64,000 bases of DNA from an uncultured Planctomycetota bacterium (GTDB lineage: Bacteria; Planctomycetota; Planctomycetia; Isosphaerales; Isosphaeraceae). Position numbers and translations under genes: made by a program. The stretch covers positions 3,040,001 through 3,104,000 of the forward strand of contig CAVTTN010000002.1 in NCBI GenBank assembly GCA_963737655.1, written 5' to 3'. Shown here piece by piece: positions 10,724-20,903 of this stretch (the stretch's first letter is position 1; every line of letters starts with the position of its first letter). The notes under the pieces are model-generated. The model worked only from the letters and a program-made list of their open reading frames with translations. It was not told the origin of the DNA and did no database searches.

Positions 10724-13700
10724 ATGTCTCGCGATTCCAAGAGCGGTCTCTTCACTCGTTCGAGCCGGGGGCGGACGACGACGCGTCGGGCATCGCCGGC
10801 GAAGCGGCTGGCCTTCGGGCTGTCGCCGAAGATCGAAGACCTGGAAGCCAGGCGGCTCCTTGCGACGCTGACCTGGACCGGTACTCTTGCCGCCGGCAAC
10901 GGCGCGATGAACATGTTCGACTCCGGCACGAACAACGTGAGCACGAACTGGGACACCAACACCTTCCCCGTGAGCGGCGACACCCTGGTCTTCCCCGACG
11001 CGGCCCAGTACAAGGGGCCGATCGTCAATGACACCGCGGCGGACACGCCGTATGTCCTGCACTTCACGGGGTCCGGCTTCACGATCAACGGCAACGAGAT
11101 CGTCCTGGCGACCTCGGCGTCGCTGAAGGATATGAGCACCACGACGCCGCTCAACACCCTGGCGACCCCGCTCCAGCTCGAGGCCAATCCGACGATCACC
11201 GTCTCGACGACCGGGCACACCCTCAGCCTGACCGGGGCCATCAGCCAGTCGGGCGGGACGTTCGGCCTGGCCAAGAACGGGACGGGGACGCTGTCCTTCG
11301 ACGGCTCGGCGGTGAACACCTACGCCGGCAACACGGCGATCCTCAACGGGATCCTCCAGGTCGATCGGACCGTGGCGGGCGCCGCGATCCCCGGTGCCAG
11401 TCCTCTGGTGATCGGGTCGGGCTCCAATGGTGTTTCCACGGCCCAGCTCGTGGTGCCCTCGACGGCGACGACGACCCAGTTCGGCTCGGGCCTGGTCGCG
11501 ACGATCCACACCGACGGCCATCTGGAGATCGATTCCGCCTCGTCGGAGACGCTGGCCAGCCTGACCGAGGACGGCCAGGCGTCGGTGAACCTCGGCAATG
11601 CCAGCAAGACTTCCGGCCTGAGTCTCGGGACCCTCAGCTCCTCGGCGACGACCTCCCAGATCAGCAGCTCCGGCGGTGTTCTCAGCCTGAACGGCAAGGT
11701 CTCGGCCCTGACCGGCGCGACGACGATCTCCGCCGACGTCGAATTGAACAACGCGGCCCGATCGATCGTCGTCAGCACCGGCGCGAGCCTGACGATCTCC
11801 GGGGTGATCTCCGATGGGACGGTCACCCCGAGCGGCTTCGCCCTGACCGGGGGCGGGACGCTCACGCTGACCGGGGCGAATACCTTCACCGGCACGGCCA
11901 ACGATAGCGCGAGCACGCTCGCCCTGGCCCAGGCCGGCGGCTTCCCGTCGCTCCTGGGACCGCTGGTCGTCGGCGGTGCCTCGGGCCTGGTCACTGCGAC
12001 CGGGGGCCAACTGAGCAGCGGGCAGCCGCTGACGGTCAACACCGGGGGCACGTTCCGGCTCCTGGGAGCGGCGACCGAGGACGCCACGCCGATTTCGGTG
12101 ACGGGCACCCTGGATACCGGGACCGATCCCACGGCCTCGATCGGCGCCACGGGGCTGATGCTCAACGGCGGAGCGAAGGTGATCGGGTCGGGCACCCTCA
12201 GCCTCCTCGGCGATCTGACCGTCACCGGGGGCACCGCGGCGATCTCCTCGCTGGTCCAACTGAACGACCCGGCTCGCCTCTTTTCTATCGCGACCGGCGC
12301 CACATTGAACGCGTCCGGCGTGATTTCCGACGGATCCACCTCCCCCTCGGGCATCCTCCAGAGCGGCGGGGGTAAGCTGGTCCTCTCCGGGGCCAACACC
12401 TACACCGGCACGACCGAGGTCCTGACCGGGACCCTGAGCCTGGCCAATCCGACCGGGACGTCGATCCTCGGCCCCCTGGTCGTGGGCGATCCCACGACGA
12501 CGACGTCGGCCCTGGCCACCTCCAGCGGCGGCCAGATCGCCGTGGGGGAGCCTCTGACGGTCAACAGTGGCGCCACGTTCCGGCTGAAGAATGGTTCGGA
12601 GTCGCTGGGAGCGACCACGGTCACGGCCGGGACGATCACGATCAACGGGACCTCGCTGGCCCTGACCCCCGGTTCCCTCCTGACCGTCAACGGCGGGACG
12701 ATCGGCGGGACGGGCGCCCTGCTCCTCGCCGAGAACGTCACGTCCGACGGCACGTACGGCCCCTCGACGATCAGCGCCGCCTCGGTCGTCCTCGCCTCGC
12801 CCTCGACCACCTTCACCGTCTTGCCCGGCGCGGCGACGAGCACGGGCGACCTGATCATCAGCAGCCCGATTTCCGACGGCACGCCTCCGTTTTCCTCGCT
12901 CATCAAGGCCGGCACAGGCCGGTTGGTCCTCACCGGGGCGAGCACCTACTCCGACGTGACCAGGCCCGACGGCACGAGCGTGACGGGCGGCGTCCTGGAG
13001 GTCGATGGCTCGATCACCTCGAACGTCCTGCTCGACGGAGGGACGCTCGCGGGGACCGGGACCGTCGGCAACGTCACGTTCGCGACCCCGACGATCATCG
13101 ATCCCGGCACGACTCCCGGGAGCAACGGGACCCTCACGGTCAACAACCTCCACCTCGATTCGACGGACACCTACCACGTCGATATCAACGCGGGCGGCAA
13201 TGACGAGATCATCGTCAAAGGGACGGTCATCCTCGACCCGCCCGTCCTGGACATCGCCCTGAACTTCGATCCGGCGCTCGGCCAGGTCTTCACCCTGATC
13301 GATAACCTCGGGACCGACCCGATCGACGGGACCTTCCTCGTCAAGACGACGAACACGAGCAACGTGTCCGTGGACGTGCCGTTCAAGCAGATCGACGCGA
13401 ACCGGTACCTGCTCAATCCGTCGGCCGATCCGACGATCCTCCGGGGCACGCAGTTCATCCTGAACTACGCCGGAGGGACCGGGAACGACCTGACGCTCAT
13501 GGTCGTGGCGCCCCCGGTGGCGGTGGACGACTCCTACGCTCTGCCGGAGAACGCGGGCCAGCCCGGCAACTCGCCGAGCTCCCCGCCGGTGTTCACCGTC
13601 CCTGCGTTCGCGGGTGTCCTGGCCAACGATGTCGACACGAACCACCTCGGCCTCCAGGCCCAGCTGGTTTCGCCGCCTTATCAGCCCCCGGGCTCGAATC

Positions 13701-16700
13701 CGGCCGCTCCGCCGGCCACGGACTTGCCGTTCGTCGGTCCGAAGCACGGCACGCTGGTCCTGAACGGCGACGGCTCGTTCACCTACATCCCCGCGGCGAA
13801 TTACGTCGGCGAGGACAGCTTCGTCTACTTCGCGTCCGACGGCGTCTACAGCGCGACCGATCCGAGCTCCCCGGCCGGTGCGGCCTCGGCTTACGGAGTG
13901 GTCCATCTGTTCGTCAACGCGACGTCCGAGAACCCGGTGGCGAGCGACGACTTCGTCACCACCCTGCAGAATACGGCCCTGACGTCGATCAACGTCCTGG
14001 GCAACGATTTCAGCCCCGACGGCCTTGCCCTGACGGCCGAGCTCGTGGCCGGCGCGACCCACGGGACCGCGACCCTCAACGGCGACGGCAAGACCTTCAC
14101 CTACACCCCGGACCCGGCCTTCCACGGCACCGACACCTTCACCTATCGCGCCGTGGACAGCAACGGCTACGCCAGCCCCATCACCACCGTGAGCATCGAC
14201 GTGCTCCAGGTGGACCAGAAGCCGGTGGCCAACAACGATTTCTACTCGACGAACGAGGAATCCACGCTCTTCGTGGACGCGCCGGGCGTGCTGGCCAACG
14301 ACACCGACCCCGACAACACGCCGGCCGACCCGACCGCGCAGACCCTCCGAGCGGTCCTGCTCCAGGGGCCGACGCACGGCATGCTGACCCTGTTCAACGA
14401 CGGCTCGTTCTCCTACACGCCGGACCCGCTGTTCAACAGCTCCGCCGCCAACGGCGGGGTGAAGGACAGCTTCATGTACGAGGTCTCCGACGGCCTGCTC
14501 TTCAGCGACCCGGCGACCGTCACGATCACCGTCAACGCGGTCGATCACGCCCCGATCGCCCGGGACGACGCCTATGCCTCGGCCGAGGGAGCCACGCTGA
14601 CCGTCCCCGTCACCGACGGCAAGGGAGTCGCCGTGGGCGTCCTGGCCAACGACACCGACCCGGACAACACCTCGACCAACACGGCCCCTCAGACCCTGAC
14701 CGCCGTGATCCTCAGCCAGCCTCTGCACGGGACCCTGGCCCTCGCCGCCAACGGCTCGTTCGTCTACACGCCGACCGATACCTCCTTCAGCGGCACGGAC
14801 TCGTTCACGTACCGGGCCTTCGACGGGACCCTGTACAGCGATCCGGCCACGGTCAACCTCTTCATCAGCTCCGTGAACCACGCCCCGGTGGCCGTCGCCG
14901 ACGCCTTCATCACGAACGAGGACGTCCCCCTGGTCGTCGCGGCCCCGGGCGTCCTCGGCAACGATTCGGACCCGGATAACACCCCGGCCGACCCGACCGC
15001 GCAGACCCTCAGCGCGATCCTGATCCAGGGCCCGGAGCACGGCACGATCGCCCTGGCGGCCGACGGTTCGTTCACCTACACCCCGGACCCGAACTACAAC
15101 AACGACGGCAAGAACACCGACTTCTTCACCTATCAGGTCTCCGACGGCCAGCTCCTCAGCGGGGTGGTTCGGGTCGACCTGACCGTCAACCCCGTCGCCG
15201 ACGCTCCGACGGCCGTGCCAAGCAGCTATACCGGGATCGAGGACACGAACCTGGTCGTCCCGGCCCCGGGTATCCTTCTGGGCTCGACCAACGTGGACGG
15301 CGGGACCCCGACGATCGTCCTCGACAACGGCCCGCAGCACGGGGCGTTCCTGGGCGGGGCGATCAACGCCAACGGCTCGTTCACCTACATCCCGAATCCG
15401 AACTACAACGGCACCGACAGCTTCACCTACCACCTGCTCAACCCGACCTCGGGCCTGACCAGCGATCCGGTGACCGTCACGCTGACTCTCCTGGCCACCC
15501 CCGACGCCCCGGTGGGGGTGCCCGACCCGATCGGGCCGGCGGGGTCGGCGTACACGACCCTCGAGAACGTGCCGCTGGTCGTCAACGACGGCGGCGTCCT
15601 GGCCAACGACATCAACGTCGACGGCGACGCGCTCCACGCCCAGCTCGTCACCGGGCCGGCGCACGGCAGCGTGGTCCTCAACAGCGACGGGACGTTCACC
15701 TACACGCCCGCCCCGTACTACAACGGGCCGGACAGCTTCACCTACGTCCCGGTCAACACCTCGCTGGCGGGGATGCCGACGCTGGTGAACCTCTCGGTGG
15801 TCGCGGTGCCGACGACGCCGACGGCCGTCGGCGACAGCTACTCGACCCTGGAGGACACGGCGCTGACGCCGGCCGCGCCGGGCGTCCTGGTCAACGACAC
15901 GTTCCCCGACGGTGCGCCGACGATCACGGTGGACAACCTCCCTCAGCACGGGACGCTGACCGGCGGGATCATCAACGCCAACGGCACGTTCACCTACACC
16001 CCGGCGGCCAACTATCACGGGCCGGACAGCTTCACCTATCACCTGACCAACGCCTCGGGAGAGACGAGCGCGTCGGTCACGGTCTCCCTGACGGTGATCT
16101 CGGTCCCCGACGCCCCGGTGGGGGTGCCCGACCCGATCGGGCCGGCGGGGTCGGCGTACACGACCCTCGAGAACGTGCCGCTGGTCGTCAACGACGGCGG
16201 CGTCCTGGCCAACGACATCAACGTCGACGGCGACGCGCTCCACGCCCAGCTCGTCACCGGGCCGGCGCACGGCAGCGTGGTCCTCAACAGCGACGGGACG
16301 TTCACCTACACGCCCGCCCCGTACTACAACGGGCCGGACAGCTTCACCTACGTCCCGGTCAACACCTCGCTGGCGGGGATGCCGACGCTGGTGAACCTCT
16401 CGGTGGTCGCGGTGCCGACGACGCCGACGGCCGTCGGCGACAGCTACTCGACCCTGGAGGACACGGCGCTGACGCCGGCCGCGCCGGGCGTCCTGGTCAA
16501 CGACACGTTCCCCGACGGTGCGCCGACGATCACGGTGGACAACCTCCCCCAGCACGGGACGCTGACCGGCGGGATCGTCAACGCCAACGGCACGTTCACC
16601 TACACCCCGGCGGCCAACTACTTCGGCCCGGACAGCTTCACCTATCACCTGACCAACGCCGCGGGCCAGACCAGCCCGTCGGTCACGGTCTCCCTGACGG

Positions 16701-18835
16701 TGATCGCCGTGGCCGACGCCCCGGTGGCCATGGACGACTCCTTCCAGACCCTGGAAGACACCCCGCTGGCGGTCAACGACTCCGGGGTCCTGGCCAACGA
16801 CACCAACGTGGACAAGGACACGCTCCACGCCAAGCTGGCCAAGGGGCCGCTGCACGGCAGCGTGGTCCTGAACAGCGACGGGACGTTCACCTACACGCCG
16901 TCGCTGAACTACAACGGGTCGGACTCGTTCACCTATTACGCGGTGAACACGTCCCTCTCCAGCGCCACCCCGGCGACCGTCACGATCGACGTGGTGGCCG
17001 TCCCCGACGCCCCCACGGCGGCCAACGACAGCTACTCGCTGCTGGAGGACACGACCCTGACCGTGCCCGCGCCGGGCATCCTCCTGAACGACACGAACGT
17101 GGACGGCGGGCTGCCGACCATCAGCATCGATAACGGGACGCTCCACGGCGGCCTGAACGTCGGCACCGACGGCAAGGTCACCTACGTCCCGATGCCGAAC
17201 TATTTCGGCACCGACAGCTTCACCTACCACCTGACCAACGCGGCCTCCGGGCTCACCAGCGGCACGGCGACGGTCACCCTGACGATCCTCCCGGTGCCCG
17301 ACGCCCCGGTGGCCATCAATGATGCCTATCAGACCAACGAGGACGTCCCGCTGGTCGTCAACGACTCGGGCGTCCTGGCCAACGACATCAACGTCGACAA
17401 GGACACGCTCCACGCCCAGCTCATCAACGGGCCGGTCCACGGCAGCGTGGTCCTGAACACCGACGGGACGTTCACCTACACCCCCGACCCGAACTACAAC
17501 GGGACGGACACGTTCACGTACCTCGCCGTGAACACCTCGCTGCCCAGCGCCTCGACGGCCACGGTGACGATCACCGTCCTGCCCGTCAACGATGCCCCGG
17601 TGGCGAACCCGGACACCTACAACACCGAGGAAAACCAGACGCTGACGATCCCGGCCCCCGGGGTCCTCGGCAACGATTCCGACGTGGAAGGGCCGGACAT
17701 CACGGCGGTCCTCGTCAACACGACCCAGCACGGGACGCTGTCTCTCAAGGCCGACGGCTCATTCGTCTACGTGCCCAACCCCGAGTTTACCGGAGTCGAT
17801 ACGTTCACCTACCGGGCGTTCGACGGCCAGCTCTACAGCCCGGTGACCACCGTCACGATCAACGTGGCGATGATCCCCGTGACCACGGTCATGCTCGACC
17901 CGGCCAGCGACACCGGGGTCTCGAACACCGACCGGATCACCAACGACACCACCCCGACGTTCTACGGGACGACCCGTCCCGACCTGACCGTCAAGCTCTA
18001 CGCCCAGCCGCTCGGCTCGTCCTCCGCCCCGATGCTCGTCGGGACGACCACGGCCGACGCCTTCGGCAACTACCGGGTGACCTCGAGCGCCCTGCCCGAC
18101 GGCCAGTATGCGTTCTCCGTGAACGTGTTCCGGCCCGACGGACTCCAGACCGGCGTGGCGATCAGCGGCGGAGACCTCCTGATCGACACCGTGGCCCCGC
18201 GGGTCCAGGGCGTCCAACTCGACCCGAAGACCGGCCAGGTCTACGTCGTCTACATCGACCAGGGTGGGGCGGGCATGGGCCAGGCGTCGATCACCGACGT
18301 CGCCAACTACGCCTTCGATAAGCTCTACACCCACGCCCCCCGCGCCTTCGCCGTCAGCAGCGTGACGGGCCTCAACAACAACATCGGATCGCCGACGGCC
18401 CCGCAGACCGTGGTGGTCAACGTGTTCAAGGGCAAGGGCCTGAAGCACGGTCGCTACCTCTTCGGGATCGTCTCCGGCGGCGTGACCGACGTGGCGGGCA
18501 ACCCGCTCGACGGCGAGTTCGTCAACGGCTTCCCCTCGGGCGACGGCGTCCCGGGCGGGAACTTCCAGTCCGAGTTCCTCAACAACGGCCACGACATCGT
18601 CAACGCGACGAATAGCGGTCAGTTCGTGCCCATCTTCTCGGCCTCGGCCGGCAAGGCGCCGAACATCGGCTACACCATCGGCAAGACGCCCACGGCCGTC
18701 CCGTCCGGGCCGGTGACGGCGGCGAGCGCTAAGAAGGGCCCCACGGCCAAGGCGGCCCGGGTCGTCAAGCAGGCGTCGGTCTCGCCGAGCGTCCACAAGC
18801 TGTCGGTCGCCCATCGGGCCCGCAAGGGCCGCTGA
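10724..18835 (+). CDS. Giant surface adhesin: autotransporter-associated beta-strand repeats, tandem-95/cadherin-like Ig repeats, C-terminal Ig-like domains
   Basis: GAGGT RBS before ATG 10724; IEDLEARRLLA planctomycete export motif; KxGxGTLxLxGxNTYxG repeats; about 14 units of PVAxxDxY...GVLAND...P.HG...DGSFTYTP...GxDSFTY; DTGVSNTDRITNDTTPTF Ig-like domain. Confidence 0.9.
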   Translation: MSRDSKSGLFTRSSRGRTTTRRASPAKRLAFGLSPKIEDLEARRLLATLTWTGTLAAGNGAMNMFDSGTNNVSTNWDTNTFPVSGDTLVFPDAAQYKGPIVNDTAADTPYVLHFTGSGFTINGNEIVLATSASLKDMSTTTPLNTLATPLQLEANPTITVSTTGHTLSLTGAISQSGGTFGLAKNGTGTLSFDGSAVNTYAGNTAILNGILQVDRTVAGAAIPGASPLVIGSGSNGVSTAQLVVPSTATTTQFGSGLVATIHTDGHLEIDSASSETLASLTEDGQASVNLGNASKTSGLSLGTLSSSATTSQISSSGGVLSLNGKVSALTGATTISADVELNNAARSIVVSTGASLTISGVISDGTVTPSGFALTGGGTLTLTGANTFTGTANDSASTLALAQAGGFPSLLGPLVVGGASGLVTATGGQLSSGQPLTVNTGGTFRLLGAATEDATPISVTGTLDTGTDPTASIGATGLMLNGGAKVIGSGTLSLLGDLTVTGGTAAISSLVQLNDPARLFSIATGATLNASGVISDGSTSPSGILQSGGGKLVLSGANTYTGTTEVLTGTLSLANPTGTSILGPLVVGDPTTTTSALATSSGGQIAVGEPLTVNSGATFRLKNGSESLGATTVTAGTITINGTSLALTPGSLLTVNGGTIGGTGALLLAENVTSDGTYGPSTISAASVVLASPSTTFTVLPGAATSTGDLIISSPISDGTPPFSSLIKAGTGRLVLTGASTYSDVTRPDGTSVTGGVLEVDGSITSNVLLDGGTLAGTGTVGNVTFATPTIIDPGTTPGSNGTLTVNNLHLDSTDTYHVDINAGGNDEIIVKGTVILDPPVLDIALNFDPALGQVFTLIDNLGTDPIDGTFLVKTTNTSNVSVDVPFKQIDANRYLLNPSADPTILRGTQFILNYAGGTGNDLTLMVVAPPVAVDDSYALPENAGQPGNSPSSPPVFTVPAFAGVLANDVDTNHLGLQAQLVSPPYQPPGSNPAAPPATDLPFVGPKHGTLVLNGDGSFTYIPAANYVGEDSFVYFASDGVYSATDPSSPAGAASAYGVVHLFVNATSENPVASDDFVTTLQNTALTSINVLGNDFSPDGLALTAELVAGATHGTATLNGDGKTFTYTPDPAFHGTDTFTYRAVDSNGYASPITTVSIDVLQVDQKPVANNDFYSTNEESTLFVDAPGVLANDTDPDNTPADPTAQTLRAVLLQGPTHGMLTLFNDGSFSYTPDPLFNSSAANGGVKDSFMYEVSDGLLFSDPATVTITVNAVDHAPIARDDAYASAEGATLTVPVTDGKGVAVGVLANDTDPDNTSTNTAPQTLTAVILSQPLHGTLALAANGSFVYTPTDTSFSGTDSFTYRAFDGTLYSDPATVNLFISSVNHAPVAVADAFITNEDVPLVVAAPGVLGNDSDPDNTPADPTAQTLSAILIQGPEHGTIALAADGSFTYTPDPNYNNDGKNTDFFTYQVSDGQLLSGVVRVDLTVNPVADAPTAVPSSYTGIEDTNLVVPAPGILLGSTNVDGGTPTIVLDNGPQHGAFLGGAINANGSFTYIPNPNYNGTDSFTYHLLNPTSGLTSDPVTVTLTLLATPDAPVGVPDPIGPAGSAYTTLENVPLVVNDGGVLANDINVDGDALHAQLVTGPAHGSVVLNSDGTFTYTPAPYYNGPDSFTYVPVNTSLAGMPTLVNLSVVAVPTTPTAVGDSYSTLEDTALTPAAPGVLVNDTFPDGAPTITVDNLPQHGTLTGGIINANGTFTYTPAANYHGPDSFTYHLTNASGETSASVTVSLTVISVPDAPVGVPDPIGPAGSAYTTLENVPLVVNDGGVLANDINVDGDALHAQLVTGPAHGSVVLNSDGTFTYTPAPYYNGPDSFTYVPVNTSLAGMPTLVNLSVVAVPTTPTAVGDSYSTLEDTALTPAAPGVLVNDTFPDGAPTITVDNLPQHGTLTGGIVNANGTFTYTPAANYFGPDSFTYHLTNAAGQTSPSVTVSLTVIAVADAPVAMDDSFQTLEDTPLAVNDSGVLANDTNVDKDTLHAKLAKGPLHGSVVLNSDGTFTYTPSLNYNGSDSFTYYAVNTSLSSATPATVTIDVVAVPDAPTAANDSYSLLEDTTLTVPAPGILLNDTNVDGGLPTISIDNGTLHGGLNVGTDGKVTYVPMPNYFGTDSFTYHLTNAASGLTSGTATVTLTILPVPDAPVAINDAYQTNEDVPLVVNDSGVLANDINVDKDTLHAQLINGPVHGSVVLNTDGTFTYTPDPNYNGTDTFTYLAVNTSLPSASTATVTITVLPVNDAPVANPDTYNTEENQTLTIPAPGVLGNDSDVEGPDITAVLVNTTQHGTLSLKADGSFVYVPNPEFTGVDTFTYRAFDGQLYSPVTTVTINVAMIPVTTVMLDPASDTGVSNTDRITNDTTPTFYGTTRPDLTVKLYAQPLGSSSAPMLVGTTTADAFGNYRVTSSALPDGQYAFSVNVFRPDGLQTGVAISGGDLLIDTVAPRVQGVQLDPKTGQVYVVYIDQGGAGMGQASITDVANYAFDKLYTHAPRAFAVSSVTGLNNNIGSPTAPQTVVVNVFKGKGLKHGRYLFGIVSGGVTDVAGNPLDGEFVNGFPSGDGVPGGNFQSEFLNNGHDIVNATNSGQFVPIFSASAGKAPNIGYTIGKTPTAVPSGPVTAASAKKGPTAKAARVVKQASVSPSVHKLSVAHRARKGR
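15499..16710 (+). repeat. Near-identical 606-bp tandem duplication (two Ig repeats per unit)
   Basis: ccgacgccccggtgggggtgcccgacccgatc starts at 15501 and 16107; copies nearly identical for more than 500 bp. Confidence 0.95.
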
Positions 18836-18864
18836 TCCGGGCGAATCGTCCGCGACAACCCCTC

Positions 18865-18913
18865 CCGAGGCCCCGCACCGCCCCACCGGCGGGGCGGGGC
18901 CTCGGCTTTTTTT
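18865..18913 (+). terminator. Rho-independent terminator after the adhesin
   Basis: 18-bp stem with 1 mismatch, 5-nt loop, then C-T7. Confidence 0.9.
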
Positions 18914-19145
18914 GCCATCCCGTTGGACGGGGAGTTCGTTTGCGATCCATGAGGCTTGACGCCCCTTCGATCGTCAGGATCGGTCCGCCCGTCAAATTGG
19001 ACAAGCCAGCGGTTACCCGTGCCGATAAGTATGCCTGGAGACTCTCCCCCCCTCGATCTCCATTCGTCGATCAGCCAGGCCCCTGCTCGCGGGGGGCGGT
19101 CGGCGAGGTTCCTGGATCGGTGCCCAGGGCGAGCGGATGGCTTGA

Positions 19146-20849
19146 ATGTATGCTCATGTTTTATGGAAACGGGTCGCGGGATCGTGGATCGCCTCGGGCT
19201 TGATCCTTGGGGCTTCGGCCGGAACAGCCCGATCGGACGACGAGAACGGGACTCAGACGCCGCCGCCGGACGTCCCCGCGCAGGCGCCTGCTCTGGAAGA
19301 ACGACTCCGTCGGCTCGAAGAGGTCAACCGCAAGCTCCTCGACCAGTTCGAGAAGGTCTCTTCGCAGAACGAGGCCCTCTCCAAGAAGGTCCAGGACCTG
19401 TCGAAAAAGCTCTCCGACGAGGAAAAAAAGGACAAGGAGAAGGCCGAGAAAGACAAGCAGGCCAAGGACGGCAAGGACAAGGAGAAAGACGACAAAGAGG
19501 AGAAAGAGAAGTCCGAAGGGGGCTCGGGCGGGAGCGGCGGCTCCGGCGGAGGGTCGTCGAGCGGATCGGGCGGGGCCAAGAAGCGAGAGGCCCAGGACGT
19601 CGGCAACCGTCACCTCGGCAAGGCCAAGCTGAAATCGTATTACGACTACGACCGCACCGGATACGAATTCGCCACCGAGGACGACGAGTTGCGTCTCCGC
19701 TTCCGAGGCATGGTCCAGGCCGATGCCCGGATCTATCAGCAGGCGAATCAGGACCCCGTCAACGGCGGCTTCTTCCTTCCTCGGACCCGGTTCTATTTCG
19801 ATGGCCGGATCACCAAGCCCATCGAGTATCAGCTCTCGATCCAGAGGGGCTACACCAGCCTGGACGTCCTGAATGCCTATCTCGATTTCAAGTACGACGA
19901 ACGATTCCAGCTCCGCGCCGGCCGTTTCAAGACTCCGTATACTTACGAATACTATAAAATCAATGTCTACAACCTCCTGGCCCCGGAACGCTCGCTCTTC
20001 AACGTGAATTTCCAGGGGAATCGCCAGGTCGGCCTGATGGCCCACGGCCAGGTCTTCAACAAGAAATTGGAGTACGCGGTCGGGGCGTTCGACGGCCCCC
20101 GAAAGTCGTACGCGGACACGAACAACTCGCCCGATGTGATCGCGTTCCTGAACTTTCGGCCGTTCGACGGGTCGGGGTCGTTCCTCGAGAACCTGAACGT
20201 CGGCGGCTCGGTCGATTTCGGCAACGAGAACAACCCGACGAACCCGGCCGTCCTGCGGACCTCGGTCCAGGAGTCGTCCGGCAATGCGTCGAGCGCCAAC
20301 GCGGGAGTGCCCATCCTGGCGTTCAACCAGGGGGTCCGCGAGAGGGGGGATCGTGCGCTCTGGGACCTCCACGCGGTCTATTATTACAAGGGCCTGAGCC
20401 TCCTGGGATCGTGGGATGGCGGGTTCGCCGATTATGCCGTCTCGGGGACCGGCCGGAGTCCCGTCCACCTGCCGGTCGGCGGCTATTATGTGCAGGCCGG
20501 CTACATCCTCACCGGCGAGACGATCAATGAACGGACCATGATCGACCCGCTCCACCCCTTCGACCTTCGACCCGGCAAGTTCGGCCTCGGGGCGTTCGAG
20601 GCGACGGCCCGGTTCAGCGAGCTCTCGCTCGGCAAGTAGGTTTTCACCCAGGGACTGGCCGACCCGAACCTCTGGACCAACCAGGCGTCGATGGTCGATG
20701 TCGGCATGAACTGGTATCTGAACCGGTTCGTGAAACTCTACTTCGACTGGGAACACGTGATGTTCGACCAGCCGGTCTATTACCGTCCTGGTCCGGCCCT
20801 CCAGAAGACCAGCGACCTGTTCTGGCTGAGGCTCCAGCTTTACTTCTAG
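19146..20849 (+). CDS. OprO/OprP phosphate-selective porin family, interrupted by in-frame TAG at 20637-20639
   Basis: Signal peptide, coiled coil, QADARIY, RAGRFKTP, PERS motifs. The same frame continues after the TAG: VFTQGLADPNLWTN...GMNWYLNRFVKLYFDW...DLFWLRLQLYF-stop, ending in the C-terminal Phe typical of beta-barrels. Confidence 0.85.
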
Positions 20850-20903
20850 GCCCGGGTCCAGGGATCGGGCCGGAACCGTCCCACTTCGCGGGGAGGAGGT
20901 CCG

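Noticed and set aside
10718..17731. 2337-aa antisense ORF, and similar long ORFs at 36442-42468, 19161-22430 and 48465-51467
   Set aside because: Shadow ORFs opposite real genes; high GC3 removes stops on the antisense strand, and the translations are Arg/Gly/Val-rich with no motifs.
20637..20639. Pyrrolysine or genetic-code reassignment of TAG
   Set aside because: TAG is used as a normal stop by many genes here (hppD, hmgA, kinase, DUF1559) and no pyl genes are present.
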